A model generated the notes under the pieces. It did no database searches. It was not told the DNA's origin and worked only from the letters and a program-made list of their open reading frames with translations. Source: Caryophanon sp. (GTDB taxonomy: Bacteria; Bacillota; Bacilli; Bacillales_A; Planococcaceae). From it: a stretch of 64,000 bases of DNA. Below are positions 19,590-28,971 of this stretch, piece after piece (position 1 is the stretch's first letter; each line of letters begins with the position of its first letter). Location: NCBI GenBank assembly GCA_036309765.1, contig JAXJTE010000106.1, positions 27,703 through 91,702 on the forward strand. Reading direction: 5' to 3'. The position numbers were made by a program, and so were the translations under genes.

Positions 19590-19940
19590 GTGGAATTAGT
19601 AAACAAAGAACATTTACAACAACTCATCGATACGTTCGCTAACAAGGACGTATTCATTCATTTAGAAACGACAAACGGCTCGTACGCAGCACATTTTAAC
19701 GAGGCGGTATTTAATGCAGGCGCGTTCATTCGCAACGTCAAACTGCGCTATGAGCTAGGCAAAGTAGTGAGCGACAACCCACACCGCGTCGGCTTAAAGC
19801 TAGAGCACGGCTGGGTGTACGCGCAAGGCATTACGCATTATGAGGTAGACGAGCACGGCCGCTTACTGATGGCGGGCTTAGATTATGAAGGGAAGCTAGC
19901 GGTTGCACTACAAATTAGTGACACACCGTTTGCTTATTAA
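19590..19940 (+). CDS. YojF family protein (DUF1806)
   Basis: 116 aa with a GTG start after AAAGGAG. It sits immediately upstream of a bshB2-like gene, as yojF-yojG does in B. subtilis. Confidence 0.7.
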   Translation: MELVNKEHLQQLIDTFANKDVFIHLETTNGSYAAHFNEAVFNAGAFIRNVKLRYELGKVVSDNPHRVGLKLEHGWVYAQGITHYEVDEHGRLLMAGLDYEGKLAVALQISDTPFAY

Positions 19941-19952
19941 GGGGGTAACGAG

Positions 19953-20627
19953 ATGTTTACAAATCAACGCCAAGTACTTGTTGTATTCCCTCACCCAGAC
20001 GATGAAGCATTTTCTTGCGCCGGTGTCCTTCGCCAAATGACAAAGCGCGACATCCCGGTAACGTATGCGTGCTTAACGCTCGGTGAAATGGGTCGTAATT
20101 TAGGTAACCCACCGTTTGCAACGCGCGAATCACTTCCTGAAATTCGACGCGAGGAATTAAAAAAAGCAGCGGATGCGATGGGTATTCAGGATTTACGTAT
20201 GATGGGCTTACGCGATAAAACGATTGAATTTGAGGACGACGAAAAAATGGTAAAGCTCGTTGCCGATTTAATCGATGAGCTCAATCCGTCCTTAATCATT
20301 ACGTTTTTACCGGGCTTCTCGGTGCACCCTGATCATGAAGCAACAGCACGTGCGGTCGTTGAAGCGGTTCGCCGCATGCCACAAGAAGCCCGCCCGACGA
20401 TTTTAGCGGTCGGCTTCGCAAATGATACGGTCGATAAAATGGGCGCACCACACATTAAAGTCGACATTACAGATGTGAAAATGGATAAGCTTGCGGCATT
20501 ACAAGCGCACGCATCCCAAACAGCGTGGATGATTGCCGAAACAGAAAAGCGCGAAGAAACAGCAGACGAACTATCGGACAACTGGCTCACGTCAGAAGCC
20601 TTTTACATCATTCAGCATGATGAATAA
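19953..20627 (+). CDS. bshB2: Bacillithiol biosynthesis deacetylase BshB2 (LmbE/PIG-L family)
   Basis: VFPHPDDEAF and HPDH zinc-binding motifs. 224 aa. Confidence 0.85.
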   Translation: MFTNQRQVLVVFPHPDDEAFSCAGVLRQMTKRDIPVTYACLTLGEMGRNLGNPPFATRESLPEIRREELKKAADAMGIQDLRMMGLRDKTIEFEDDEKMVKLVADLIDELNPSLIITFLPGFSVHPDHEATARAVVEAVRRMPQEARPTILAVGFANDTVDKMGAPHIKVDITDVKMDKLAALQAHASQTAWMIAETEKREETADELSDNWLTSEAFYIIQHDE

Positions 20628-20648
20628 ATAATGTTTATATTGCATACG

Positions 20649-20690
20649 AAAAGCATTAGAGGAGACGATTTCTTCTAATGCTTTTCGTTT
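20649..20690 (+). terminator. Rho-independent terminator after bshB2
   Basis: AAAGCATTAGAGGAGACGATTTCTTCTAATGCTTTTCGTTTT. Confidence 0.8.
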
Positions 20691-20862
20691 TGTATATTCG
20701 GGTATGGACGTATATAGATAGTGGTGGACGAAACAATCGGCGGACTCCCAACAATAAAAATAAACTGAAAAAACTATCTATTTCCGCATAAATAGACACG
20801 TACACAAAAAATCGCTATGATGAATAAATATCCAAAAACTATAATAAACGAGGTCGATATAT

Positions 20863-22215
20863 ATGAACAAAAGCTATAGCATAAGCAGCTGGCTATACTT
20901 CATCATCCCGTCGCTCATCGGTGCATTTTTATTTATGACGCCGATCAAGCTCGACGGCGAATGGAAAGTACCCATTGCCATGCTGTCAAACTGGCTCGAT
21001 GGCATTGTCGTCAACGTCATCGAACCGTTTGCGCTATTTATTTTCATCGTAGCCGCAGTTGGCTCAATCATTAAATTATTTTCACCTGAACCGACAACGC
21101 GCTCATTTAGTGATCAATTATTCCGTGTTCATTGGTTTTGGACAATTACGCGCGTACTTGCGGCTGTTTTTGCAGCGATGGTGTACTTCGATTTCGGACC
21201 AGAAATGATCACGAGTGACGACACAGGCGGTTTATTATTTGCAGGTGGTGGCGGTTTAGCGACGTATTTATTCGTCATCTTCCTATTTGCCGGCATCATT
21301 TTACCGTTTTTAACGGACTTCGGCTTGCTTGAATTTTTCGGCTCGCTCATGGTGAAAATTGTACGGCCATTATTTAAAATTCCAGGGCGTGCCTCAATTG
21401 ATGCGCTTGCTTCATGGGTTGGTGACGGCACGATTGGCGTGTTCCTGACAAACAAGCAGTACGAGGACGGCAATTATACGAAGCGTGAAGCCGCAATTAT
21501 TGCGACGACGTTTTCGGTCGTGTCGATTACGTTTAGTATCGTCATTTTAGAGGAAGTCGGCTTGCCGCAATACTTCCCGCAATATTACGGAACGATTGTG
21601 CTTTGTGGTGTCGTGCTTGCACTCATTATGCCGCGCATTTATCCGCTTCGTGGCAAAAGCAATACGTATATAAACGATGCGCCTGCTGATGCAACACGCG
21701 AAGATTTACCCGCGGGGCATACAGTGCTGTCGTACGGAATTGAAAATGCGATGAACAAAGCAAATGCAAATCGCAACTTAAGCAAGCTCGTGCTAAACGG
21801 CTTTAAAAACGTACTCGATATGTGGTTCGCCGTTGCACCAGTTGTGATGACGTTCGGTACGGTTGCACTTATTTTAGCGACTTATACCGATTTATTTAAA
21901 ATTTTAGGTACGCCGTTTGAGTATTACTTAGCGTTTTTAAACGTGCCAGAAGCAGCTGAAGCAGCACAAACGATGGTCGTTGGCTTTGCCGACATGCTGC
22001 TCCCTGCGATTTTAGCGTCGGGCATCGAATCGGAAATGACACGCTTCATTATCGCGACTGTTTCTGTCACGCAATTAATTTACATGTCGGAAATTGGCGG
22101 GCTCATTTTAGGCACGAAGCTACCGATTAATTTTAAAGATTTAGTTGTCATCTTTTTACTACGTACAGTCATTTCATTGCCGATTGTAGCAGGCATTGCG
22201 CATTTGATTTTCTAA
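20863..22215 (+). CDS. Polytopic membrane protein, YjiH / nucleoside-recognition (Gate) domain-like
   Basis: 450 aa with about 10-12 hydrophobic segments. The family call is from memory of the N-terminal pattern (WLYFIIPSLIGAFLFMTPI) and the size. No diagnostic motif was verified. Confidence 0.45.
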   Translation: MNKSYSISSWLYFIIPSLIGAFLFMTPIKLDGEWKVPIAMLSNWLDGIVVNVIEPFALFIFIVAAVGSIIKLFSPEPTTRSFSDQLFRVHWFWTITRVLAAVFAAMVYFDFGPEMITSDDTGGLLFAGGGGLATYLFVIFLFAGIILPFLTDFGLLEFFGSLMVKIVRPLFKIPGRASIDALASWVGDGTIGVFLTNKQYEDGNYTKREAAIIATTFSVVSITFSIVILEEVGLPQYFPQYYGTIVLCGVVLALIMPRIYPLRGKSNTYINDAPADATREDLPAGHTVLSYGIENAMNKANANRNLSKLVLNGFKNVLDMWFAVAPVVMTFGTVALILATYTDLFKILGTPFEYYLAFLNVPEAAEAAQTMVVGFADMLLPAILASGIESEMTRFIIATVSVTQLIYMSEIGGLILGTKLPINFKDLVVIFLLRTVISLPIVAGIAHLIF

Positions 22216-22221
22216 AACAAA

Positions 22222-22266
22222 AAACGCCGTGAACGGAAAAATTACGTTTCCATTCACGGCGTTTCT
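22222..22266. terminator. Bidirectional terminator
   Basis: AAAAAACGCCGTGAACGGAAAAATTACGTTTCCATTCACGGCGTTTCTTTTT. Confidence 0.85.
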
Positions 22267-22268
22267 TT

Positions 22269-22892
22269 TTATTTCGAGCCTGCTGTCCAGTTCATACCCC
22301 ATTTATATGCTTGGTCCATTTGCTTATGCCCATCAAAATATTCAACGAGGCGCTCGACGCGGAACGTTTCATTGTTGACGTTTTCAATCATCGCGATTGC
22401 GCACATAATTTTACCGTTACGGTGCTCATCTAAACGCACTTCAATGTCGGCGCCGCCTGGGTATTTGAGCGTTACTAATCCGTCCGCTTCTGACCAGTTC
22501 GCAACGCCCTCATAAATAAATGCATACACAAGTACGCGACGAATGTCCGCGATTTTTGCGCCATTAATTCGCAAGTTTTCCCCTGATGTAACGGCACCTG
22601 TACGGTCATCGCCATCTAGTGCGATGTACGGTGGTGCATTAAAGTCCCCGAATGCATTTCCGAGCGCCTGCACACAACCTTTTGAACCATCCGTAAACTC
22701 GAATAAACAACCTAAATCTAAATCAACGTTCGATGAGCCACCACCAAATAACGATGCCATAAAGCCTTTTTTCTGTGGTGCTTGCTGGTTCCAGTTTAAG
22801 TTAATATGAATTTCACCAAGTGACTGTGCGCCCTTCGTTAAGTTAATCGACTGCCCTTTTTTCGTTAATTCAATTTTATTTAAATTTACCAA
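22269..22892 (-). CDS. Divergent TerD-domain protein (TerZ/TerX/TerA-like), last gene of the Ter biosynthetic operon
   Basis: The N-terminus VNLNKIELTKKGQSINLTK matches the TerD pattern MxxLxKGQxIxLTK. Also DLDLGCLF. The Ca-site motif is degenerate (GDDRTGAVTSGENL). Start chosen at the TTG at 22892, 8 nt after AAGGGGG. Confidence 0.75.
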   Translation of the reverse strand: MVNLNKIELTKKGQSINLTKGAQSLGEIHINLNWNQQAPQKKGFMASLFGGGSSNVDLDLGCLFEFTDGSKGCVQALGNAFGDFNAPPYIALDGDDRTGAVTSGENLRINGAKIADIRRVLVYAFIYEGVANWSEADGLVTLKYPGGADIEVRLDEHRNGKIMCAIAMIENVNNETFRVERLVEYFDGHKQMDQAYKWGMNWTAGSK

Positions 22893-22905
22893 GTGCAATT
22901 CCCCC

Positions 22906-23697
22906 TTATACGGTCGTTTTTGTCGCTAAAATTTGTGCCAGCATTGCCTCAGCAAATTCTGCACCTTCCTTTAAAATAACATTCACCGGACATGTATCAC
23001 CGTATTTCTCGTACACTTCACCGTGCTTTGGCGTGTAGCCCACGTCTGCAAACTGCATCATGCCTAGATCCATCATCGAATCCCCTGCTGCGATATGCTC
23101 CGTATGTGCTAGCTGACTCGCAACGTACTTCACCGCCGCTTCTTTCGTCAACGTAGACGGCAGTGCATAAAACTTACGCCCGTGTAAATACGACGTCCAG
23201 CCTTCTGTTGCTAAGTCGTCTTGGAACGCACGTAGCTCCTCGTGTCGCAGTGTCGCTAAATCAACTGCCAGCATGTAAAACAGCCCTTCTACCTCATATT
23301 CACGAAGAAAAAAGTCGTGCGCACGATGCATTTCAAAGCGCGTCGGGAAGTCACAAATCGGCAGTGCTTCTTTCATATTTTGCTGCACAATTTCGTCCCA
23401 CTGTGTATCACGCTTACCATCTTTAAAAATAATGCCGCCATTTGCCATCACCGCATACGACGGAATAAGCTCCTGCTGGAAAAATGATACGCGCTCGTAC
23501 TGCATTTGCGAGCGTGTCGTCACCGGTATAATATGTGTGCTTTCTTTTAACTCATGTAGCATGTCGATTTGCTTATTCGACATGAACGACTGCTCTTTTC
23601 CTTCGAACAACTCAACACAACGCACATCGGTACAATTCCCGATCGTACGGTTTGAGAAAATAAGCGTGCGGTCTAAATCGGTTGTAAATAGCTTCAT
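22906..23697 (-). CDS. HAD-superfamily phosphatase (Ter-cluster-associated)
   Basis: Motif I TDLDRTLIF (DxDxT) and motif IV GDSMMD. Its ATG overlaps the upstream stop (ATGA). Confidence 0.8.
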   Translation of the reverse strand: MKLFTTDLDRTLIFSNRTIGNCTDVRCVELFEGKEQSFMSNKQIDMLHELKESTHIIPVTTRSQMQYERVSFFQQELIPSYAVMANGGIIFKDGKRDTQWDEIVQQNMKEALPICDFPTRFEMHRAHDFFLREYEVEGLFYMLAVDLATLRHEELRAFQDDLATEGWTSYLHGRKFYALPSTLTKEAAVKYVASQLAHTEHIAAGDSMMDLGMMQFADVGYTPKHGEVYEKYGDTCPVNVILKEGAEFAEAMLAQILATKTTV

Positions 23698-24806
23698 TTC
23701 ATCACGTCCTTAATTAATCCACAGCATGAGTACTCCATATCCTCATACACTTCAATTGGCACGTTTCGCTCCGCTGCAAGCATGCGAATGTGCGTTAAAT
23801 CGTTGTCGTACTTCGGGTTCACAAGAATTTTCCACGGCACGCGGCGCAGTAGCACGCGTGTCGTTTCCCCCACACCTGGCTTAATATAATTTATTTTGGC
23901 AATATCGTATTTCTCTTTAATGACTTCTACCGACTGCATACCGCGCCATGTCGGTGTACGGTCTGACTGTAACACATCTTGTAGCGTCGCATGAATAGCG
24001 TCTTTTACATCCTCGAACTGATTGCTCACTTCATCGACATAATAGTTTGACACATCCTGCTCTGCAAATTCCTTATAATATTTCGCACCGTGGAAGTCGC
24101 CCTCCTCGATAAACGCGGGATTTAATACAGTACGACTCACTAAGCCTGACACTGTCGAATTTAAACAAGCAGACGGAATTAAAAAATCATCGCGCGTGCC
24201 GTACACTTCAACACAATGCCCCGGATCTGCAAGCACCGCTAAATCAGGATCGATAAGGTTCGGTCGCTTCGCACTGTACTCATCACACGCCGTCACGAGT
24301 TCACGCGTAATCGCCCCTTTACCCGTCCAGCCGTCAACAAACTGAATGTTCGCCTCCGCATGATGCTCAAAAATATAATCAATCGCTGTCTCATCAATGC
24401 CACGGTCACGCACAATCGAAATCGAATAATGTGGCACCGTGACGTGATAGACGTGCTGTATGTATCGTTTAATTAAAATGCCAATCGGTGTCCCTGCACG
24501 CGCTAAACTGACAAGCACAAGTTGGTCGAGCCCTCGATTTTTGACGATTTGCTCGGCGACAACACCCGTCGCAATCGCAATGCGCTGTGCATATTCCTTT
24601 AACGTTGCGTGGAATAGCTCCATGTACTGCTCACCTGGCTGAAACTCCACTGGTAACATTTCCGCATAGTGCGTGCCACTTTGAATTAAATGCTCACGCT
24701 CTGTCGTATCACGCTCAATATTAATCTCGCTAATATCGCGCAGTAAAAATACCACGTCCTGTTCATTGTAACTCCCTAATACATCTGGTTCATATTTCGT
24801 CTTCAT
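23694..24806 (-). CDS. Ter-associated phosphoribosyltransferase-like protein (PRTase_1 / 'StiP' family, with a C-terminal PELOTA-like region)
   Basis: 370 aa. LVLVSLARAGTPIGILIKRY resembles the PRTase nucleotide-binding loop. Family assignment is from memory of Ter-cluster gene content. AAGGGAG RBS. Confidence 0.6.
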   Translation of the reverse strand: MKTKYEPDVLGSYNEQDVVFLLRDISEINIERDTTEREHLIQSGTHYAEMLPVEFQPGEQYMELFHATLKEYAQRIAIATGVVAEQIVKNRGLDQLVLVSLARAGTPIGILIKRYIQHVYHVTVPHYSISIVRDRGIDETAIDYIFEHHAEANIQFVDGWTGKGAITRELVTACDEYSAKRPNLIDPDLAVLADPGHCVEVYGTRDDFLIPSACLNSTVSGLVSRTVLNPAFIEEGDFHGAKYYKEFAEQDVSNYYVDEVSNQFEDVKDAIHATLQDVLQSDRTPTWRGMQSVEVIKEKYDIAKINYIKPGVGETTRVLLRRVPWKILVNPKYDNDLTHIRMLAAERNVPIEVYEDMEYSCCGLIKDVMK

Positions 24807-24820
24807 GCGAATTACTCCCT

Positions 24821-26155
24821 TCAGTCTGCTAGTTTAATAATGGTAATCTGTGGAATGTTTGCGTATGATAATGCGTCGATTAACTGTTGTAGTGCATGCT
24901 CACTCGTCACCCGTTCGAGTATGATGAACGCGTCGTCGTAATGATTTACTGGAATGTTGTAAGCGTAGTTTTGAACACCGGCATGCTCTGGGCTTTCAAA
25001 TGTGTACTGGTTATAAATATAGCTGTCTGGGTGTGCATAAATCGGGCTTCTCGTTGTAGAGTGATACATCACACCATCACCAAGCAAGGCGGCAATGCGC
25101 ATCGGAATGTACATAAACTCTCCTGTACCAAGCACGAGCGTTTTGTTGCCTCGTCGCATTTGCTGGAATGTCTGTTGCTTCGCCGCAAGCTTTGTGCGAA
25201 TTGTGACGTCATCGTCCTTTGATAAGCCAAATCGTCCGCTGCCGATAAAGTACGGCGTGTAACAAATCGTCTCGTCGTCTTGCTTCGATGGCTCGGTCAT
25301 GTAATACGCATCGTCCATATGAATCGTCTCTATCGTAATATTCGGTGTAAGTGCTTGTTGTGCCCGCTGTGTGATGCGCTCTTCTGGTGCTTCACCGTGA
25401 ACAGTAATACGCCCTTCAAGCACGTTCACCTCTTGAATCGTAATTCCATGCGCCGCTTCGAAATCACGGTACGCTTGACGATGCTCGTCGCTGCGCCAAT
25501 CTAAAATTGACACGATGACGAAGCGCTTTTTGTGTGGGAAGCGTGCTAAAATTTGCGCGATAATGTTTAAGTTCGTTTGACCCGTTGTTAGCTCATCATC
25601 AACGAGTGCAATTTCAGCATCGCCGTCGAAAAATGCGCTGTTTTGCATGTACACGTTATGCGTCGTCGCGTGCGAATGCTCCTCCTCAAACGTCGTCAGC
25701 GGTGTTAAGTTGATTAGATGTTCACGCGTCGTATGTACGTATTCAATGTCGCCAGCAAAAGCATTGAAAAACGCATGCCCGAGTGCCGTCGCGGTTTCCG
25801 CAAAGCCAATTACTTTCATCGGCTGCGGAGCAATAACGGGCTGCTGCTCTAATGCAAGCAAGCTATCATGTAAGTTGTCGCGCGTTTTAATCGTTTCTGC
25901 AACTGCCTGCGCACGCACATCTGCTTTCTGATGCACAATGTCCATATAGCGCATCGCTAGCAACTGTCCGAGCAGCAACGGAATTTGCGGTGGCAACGCG
26001 ATATGCTTCCCTAGTACGTTGCTAATGAATAGGAAGCTGCGTTTTTTATTGATGCGCATCGCCATTTCAAATAGCTGTGATTCGTTAAATTGATATGGGT
26101 TATTTGTGACGTGTACATCGACATGCACTTGATTAAGAATCGAGTACTTTGTCAT
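24821..26155 (-). CDS. Phosphoribosyltransferase (PRTase_2) with a C-terminal TRSP-type domain
   Basis: Canonical PRPP-binding motif ALVDDELTTGQT. 444 aa. GAGGAGG RBS embedded in the 3' end of the upstream lyase gene (23-nt overlap). Confidence 0.75.
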   Translation of the reverse strand: MTKYSILNQVHVDVHVTNNPYQFNESQLFEMAMRINKKRSFLFISNVLGKHIALPPQIPLLLGQLLAMRYMDIVHQKADVRAQAVAETIKTRDNLHDSLLALEQQPVIAPQPMKVIGFAETATALGHAFFNAFAGDIEYVHTTREHLINLTPLTTFEEEHSHATTHNVYMQNSAFFDGDAEIALVDDELTTGQTNLNIIAQILARFPHKKRFVIVSILDWRSDEHRQAYRDFEAAHGITIQEVNVLEGRITVHGEAPEERITQRAQQALTPNITIETIHMDDAYYMTEPSKQDDETICYTPYFIGSGRFGLSKDDDVTIRTKLAAKQQTFQQMRRGNKTLVLGTGEFMYIPMRIAALLGDGVMYHSTTRSPIYAHPDSYIYNQYTFESPEHAGVQNYAYNIPVNHYDDAFIILERVTSEHALQQLIDALSYANIPQITIIKLAD

Positions 26156-27338
26156 GACGAATCGCCTCCTCTAATAATAACGAGCGGAAGTCCTCATTCG
26201 GGTTGTACACACCGTACGTACGCGCTCGGTGCATAACGCGCTCTGCCCAGTGGAAATGTGGCTTCATTTCGTTCATTTTGTTATTGTACATACTTTTTTG
26301 CACACCAATTTGTCCATCACTGTTTTGCAAAATATTTTCAGCATCCATATATTCCTCATGCGTCACGACATACATCGCGTTCACCGGCAAAATATGCGTC
26401 GGATGAATAATCGTCTTGCCGACAAGCCCGTTAATTTGATCTAAAAATACTTCGCGCATTAAGCCATCAACGTATTCATTAATCAACTGTTCGCGTGCTT
26501 CTAAGCCGACTTGACCGTAACGCATCATAAATGGTGTTTCGCGCAGCGCGGTACGGAATATACGCGTTTTATTCGTAAAGTATTCCCACACCGGCCCTGA
26601 AATAACGAATCGATGCTCAGTGCGATTTAAAATATTAATAATATCCGCGATGCAATCACGCACAATCGTCACATCATAAATCGTCGAGTCAACGCGGCGA
26701 CGAATACCAAATAAGCCACAAAAATCTGTCGTGCCAATACGTACGTTTAACACATAGTCGTAATATGTAATTAAAATCTCACGAATGGCCAGTAAGCTTT
26801 CAAAGCGACGTTCCTTAAAGATCACATCGTCTGATTCTAAAATCGGCATGCCATATAACGTATAACCTAACTCGTTTTGCTGCACAATTTGTTCAAAAAA
26901 TGCCTTGCCATTTGCTTGACCAAACTTCGGAAAAACATAGCCTGTCAACGCGTTTTGCGCCTCGCCCAACGTTTTGATTACCTCTGCTAGTTGCTCAGGG
27001 TTGCGAACGCGCACGAAAATAAGTGGTAAATCCTCAATTGTTAATACACCATCGTCCATGAACGCTTGAAACGCTCTCATATTTTCCACTAAAATGTGAA
27101 ACGCTTCCTCTAACTCCTCATCACCAACTGCATCCTCCAAATCGATAATCATCGACGTTAAGTACGGATGCTTTTTCATCAATACTTCCTGCGCTAAGCC
27201 TCGTCTTGTTGCTGGCATATACAATGCGCCACCTAAGCAATACGCCAAATCCTCGCGCGGTGTCAGCTTACTAAACTGCATCGGCTGCTTAAAAAAAATG
27301 GTGTCATTTCGCTCTTCGTTGTATGAAAAAAAACGCAT
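26133..27338 (-). CDS. HpcH/HpaI aldolase / citrate-lyase-beta-like TIM-barrel C-C bond lyase (Ter-associated)
   Basis: IIDLEDAVG and GKTIIHPTHI motifs, as in the CitE/HpcH family. 401 aa. Confidence 0.75.
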   Translation of the reverse strand: MRFFSYNEERNDTIFFKQPMQFSKLTPREDLAYCLGGALYMPATRRGLAQEVLMKKHPYLTSMIIDLEDAVGDEELEEAFHILVENMRAFQAFMDDGVLTIEDLPLIFVRVRNPEQLAEVIKTLGEAQNALTGYVFPKFGQANGKAFFEQIVQQNELGYTLYGMPILESDDVIFKERRFESLLAIREILITYYDYVLNVRIGTTDFCGLFGIRRRVDSTIYDVTIVRDCIADIINILNRTEHRFVISGPVWEYFTNKTRIFRTALRETPFMMRYGQVGLEAREQLINEYVDGLMREVFLDQINGLVGKTIIHPTHILPVNAMYVVTHEEYMDAENILQNSDGQIGVQKSMYNNKMNEMKPHFHWAERVMHRARTYGVYNPNEDFRSLLLEEAIRHDKVLDS

Positions 27339-27420
27339 AGATCAATCTCCTTTCTTTCACCTATTACACTTTCATTATCTATTCTTTTACCCTATTTTTC
27401 CCATTAAAAAACGTACGATA

Positions 27421-27550
27421 TATATTGAACTTAAGACTGTAACCGCTCGTTCTTTTGTTTCGGCGGACGCTTTTCCTGCTGGAGTCGCCGCCTACACGTC
27501 AAAACAATGCGTTTGTCATGTTAGATACAAAAGTTCAATCTATATAGTCT
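27421..27550. repeat. Palindromic repeat, TIR subfamily, copy E
   Basis: TATATATTGAACTT...TTCTTTTGTTTCGGCGGACGCTTTTCC...CACGTCAAAACAATG...AAGTTCAATCTATATA. It lies between the terD terminator and the lyase gene. Confidence 0.8.
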
Positions 27551-27561
27551 GTATTGAAACA

Positions 27562-27596
27562 AAAAAGGTGATCCGCTTACACGTATCACCTCTTTC
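27562..27596 (-). terminator. Rho-independent terminator after the third terD gene
   Basis: The minus strand reads AGGTGATACGTGTAAGCGGATCACCTTTTTTGTTTC. Confidence 0.75.
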
Positions 27597-27607
27597 ACAT
27601 TCTTCAC

Positions 27608-28186
27608 TTAAACGGATAAGCCGTATGCACGCACGAGCGCCGCTAAGCCACCTTGATAGCCTGAGCCGATTGCGTTAAACTTCCATTCCGCACCGTGGCG
27701 GTATAGTTCACAAAATACGACCGCTGTTTCAATAGAGAAGTCCTCGCCTAAATCAAAGCGTAGCACCTCATAGTCGTTATCTTGGTTTACTAAGCGCGCA
27801 AATGCGTTCGTCACTTGTCCGAAGTTTTGATTGCGCTGCTCCGCGTCATGAATCGTTACGGTAATCGCAATGCGGTGTACGTTCGCCGGCACTTGCGATA
27901 GCTTGATTGTCACTTGCTCATCATCGCCATCGCCCTCACCTGTACGATTGTCACCTAAATGCGTTACCGAACCGTCTGAGCTTTGTAAGTTGTTATAAAA
28001 AATGAAATCGTTGTCGCTACGACATTTCCCTGATTCATCTAATAAAAAGATTGATGCATCTAAGTCAAAATCTTGCCCGCCGTCGAATGTTTTTACGTCC
28101 CAGCCTAAGCCGATTACAATATTTTGAAGCGATGGATCATTTTTCGTTAAATCAATACGTTGACCTTTGCTTAACTGAATTGCCAT
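27608..28186 (-). CDS. TerD family stress protein
   Basis: 192 aa: [26 protein letters not shown], Ca-site motif [15 protein letters not shown]. Confidence 0.9.
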   Translation of the reverse strand: MAIQLSKGQRIDLTKNDPSLQNIVIGLGWDVKTFDGGQDFDLDASIFLLDESGKCRSDNDFIFYNNLQSSDGSVTHLGDNRTGEGDGDDEQVTIKLSQVPANVHRIAITVTIHDAEQRNQNFGQVTNAFARLVNQDNDYEVLRFDLGEDFSIETAVVFCELYRHGAEWKFNAIGSGYQGGLAALVRAYGLSV

Positions 28187-28357
28187 TGGAATGCCCCCTT
28201 GGATTTAGAAGAATATGTGCGACTTCGCTCATCACGTCAAGGTAGACTTTTCATTAAAGTCCACCTGTCGTTACGAGCTAGCCGCTTCAACTGCATTTCA
28301 CTTGTTATATCGAAAAGAAAAATGTCGAGCAAATGCTGGACATTTTTCGTTCTGCTA

Positions 28358-28939
28358 TTAACCTACTTGTAAACCGAAATCGCTACATAGTGCTGCTAAG
28401 CCGCCTTGGTAGCCCGAGCCGATTGCTGAGAATTTCCACTCGCCGCTATGACGGTATAATTCACCAACAACTAATGCTGTTTCGATTGAGAAGTCTTCAC
28501 CTAAGTCGTAACGAATTACTTCTTCGCTTGATGCTTCGTTTACAACGCGGATAAATGCGTTTGATACCATACCGAAATTTTGACCGCGTGCTTCTGCATC
28601 ATGGATTGTTACAGTGAACGTAATACGTTGAACAGATGCTGGTACGTCGTTTAATGCGATGACTACTGCTTCGTCATCTCCTGCACCGTCACCTGTTAAG
28701 TTATCGCCTGAGTGTACAACTGAACCGTTACCACCTGTTGTGTTGTTGTAGAAGATGAAATCTGCTGGGCCTGTTACTTTGCCGTCTTCACCTAATAAAA
28801 ATACTGAAGAATCTAAATCGAAATCTTGCCCACCATCATACTTGTTTGTGTCCCAGCCTAGACCGATATGTACCTTCGTTAAGCCCGGATTTGTTTTTGT
28901 TAAATCAACCTTTTGACCTTTTGATAATGAAACTACCAT
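28358..28939 (-). CDS. TerD family stress protein
   Basis: 193 aa: [41 protein letters not shown]. Confidence 0.9.
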   Translation of the reverse strand: MVVSLSKGQKVDLTKTNPGLTKVHIGLGWDTNKYDGGQDFDLDSSVFLLGEDGKVTGPADFIFYNNTTGGNGSVVHSGDNLTGDGAGDDEAVVIALNDVPASVQRITFTVTIHDAEARGQNFGMVSNAFIRVVNEASSEEVIRYDLGEDFSIETALVVGELYRHSGEWKFSAIGSGYQGGLAALCSDFGLQVG

Positions 28940-28971
28940 GTAATGTTTCCTCCTTTAAATGTGTTCATGTA

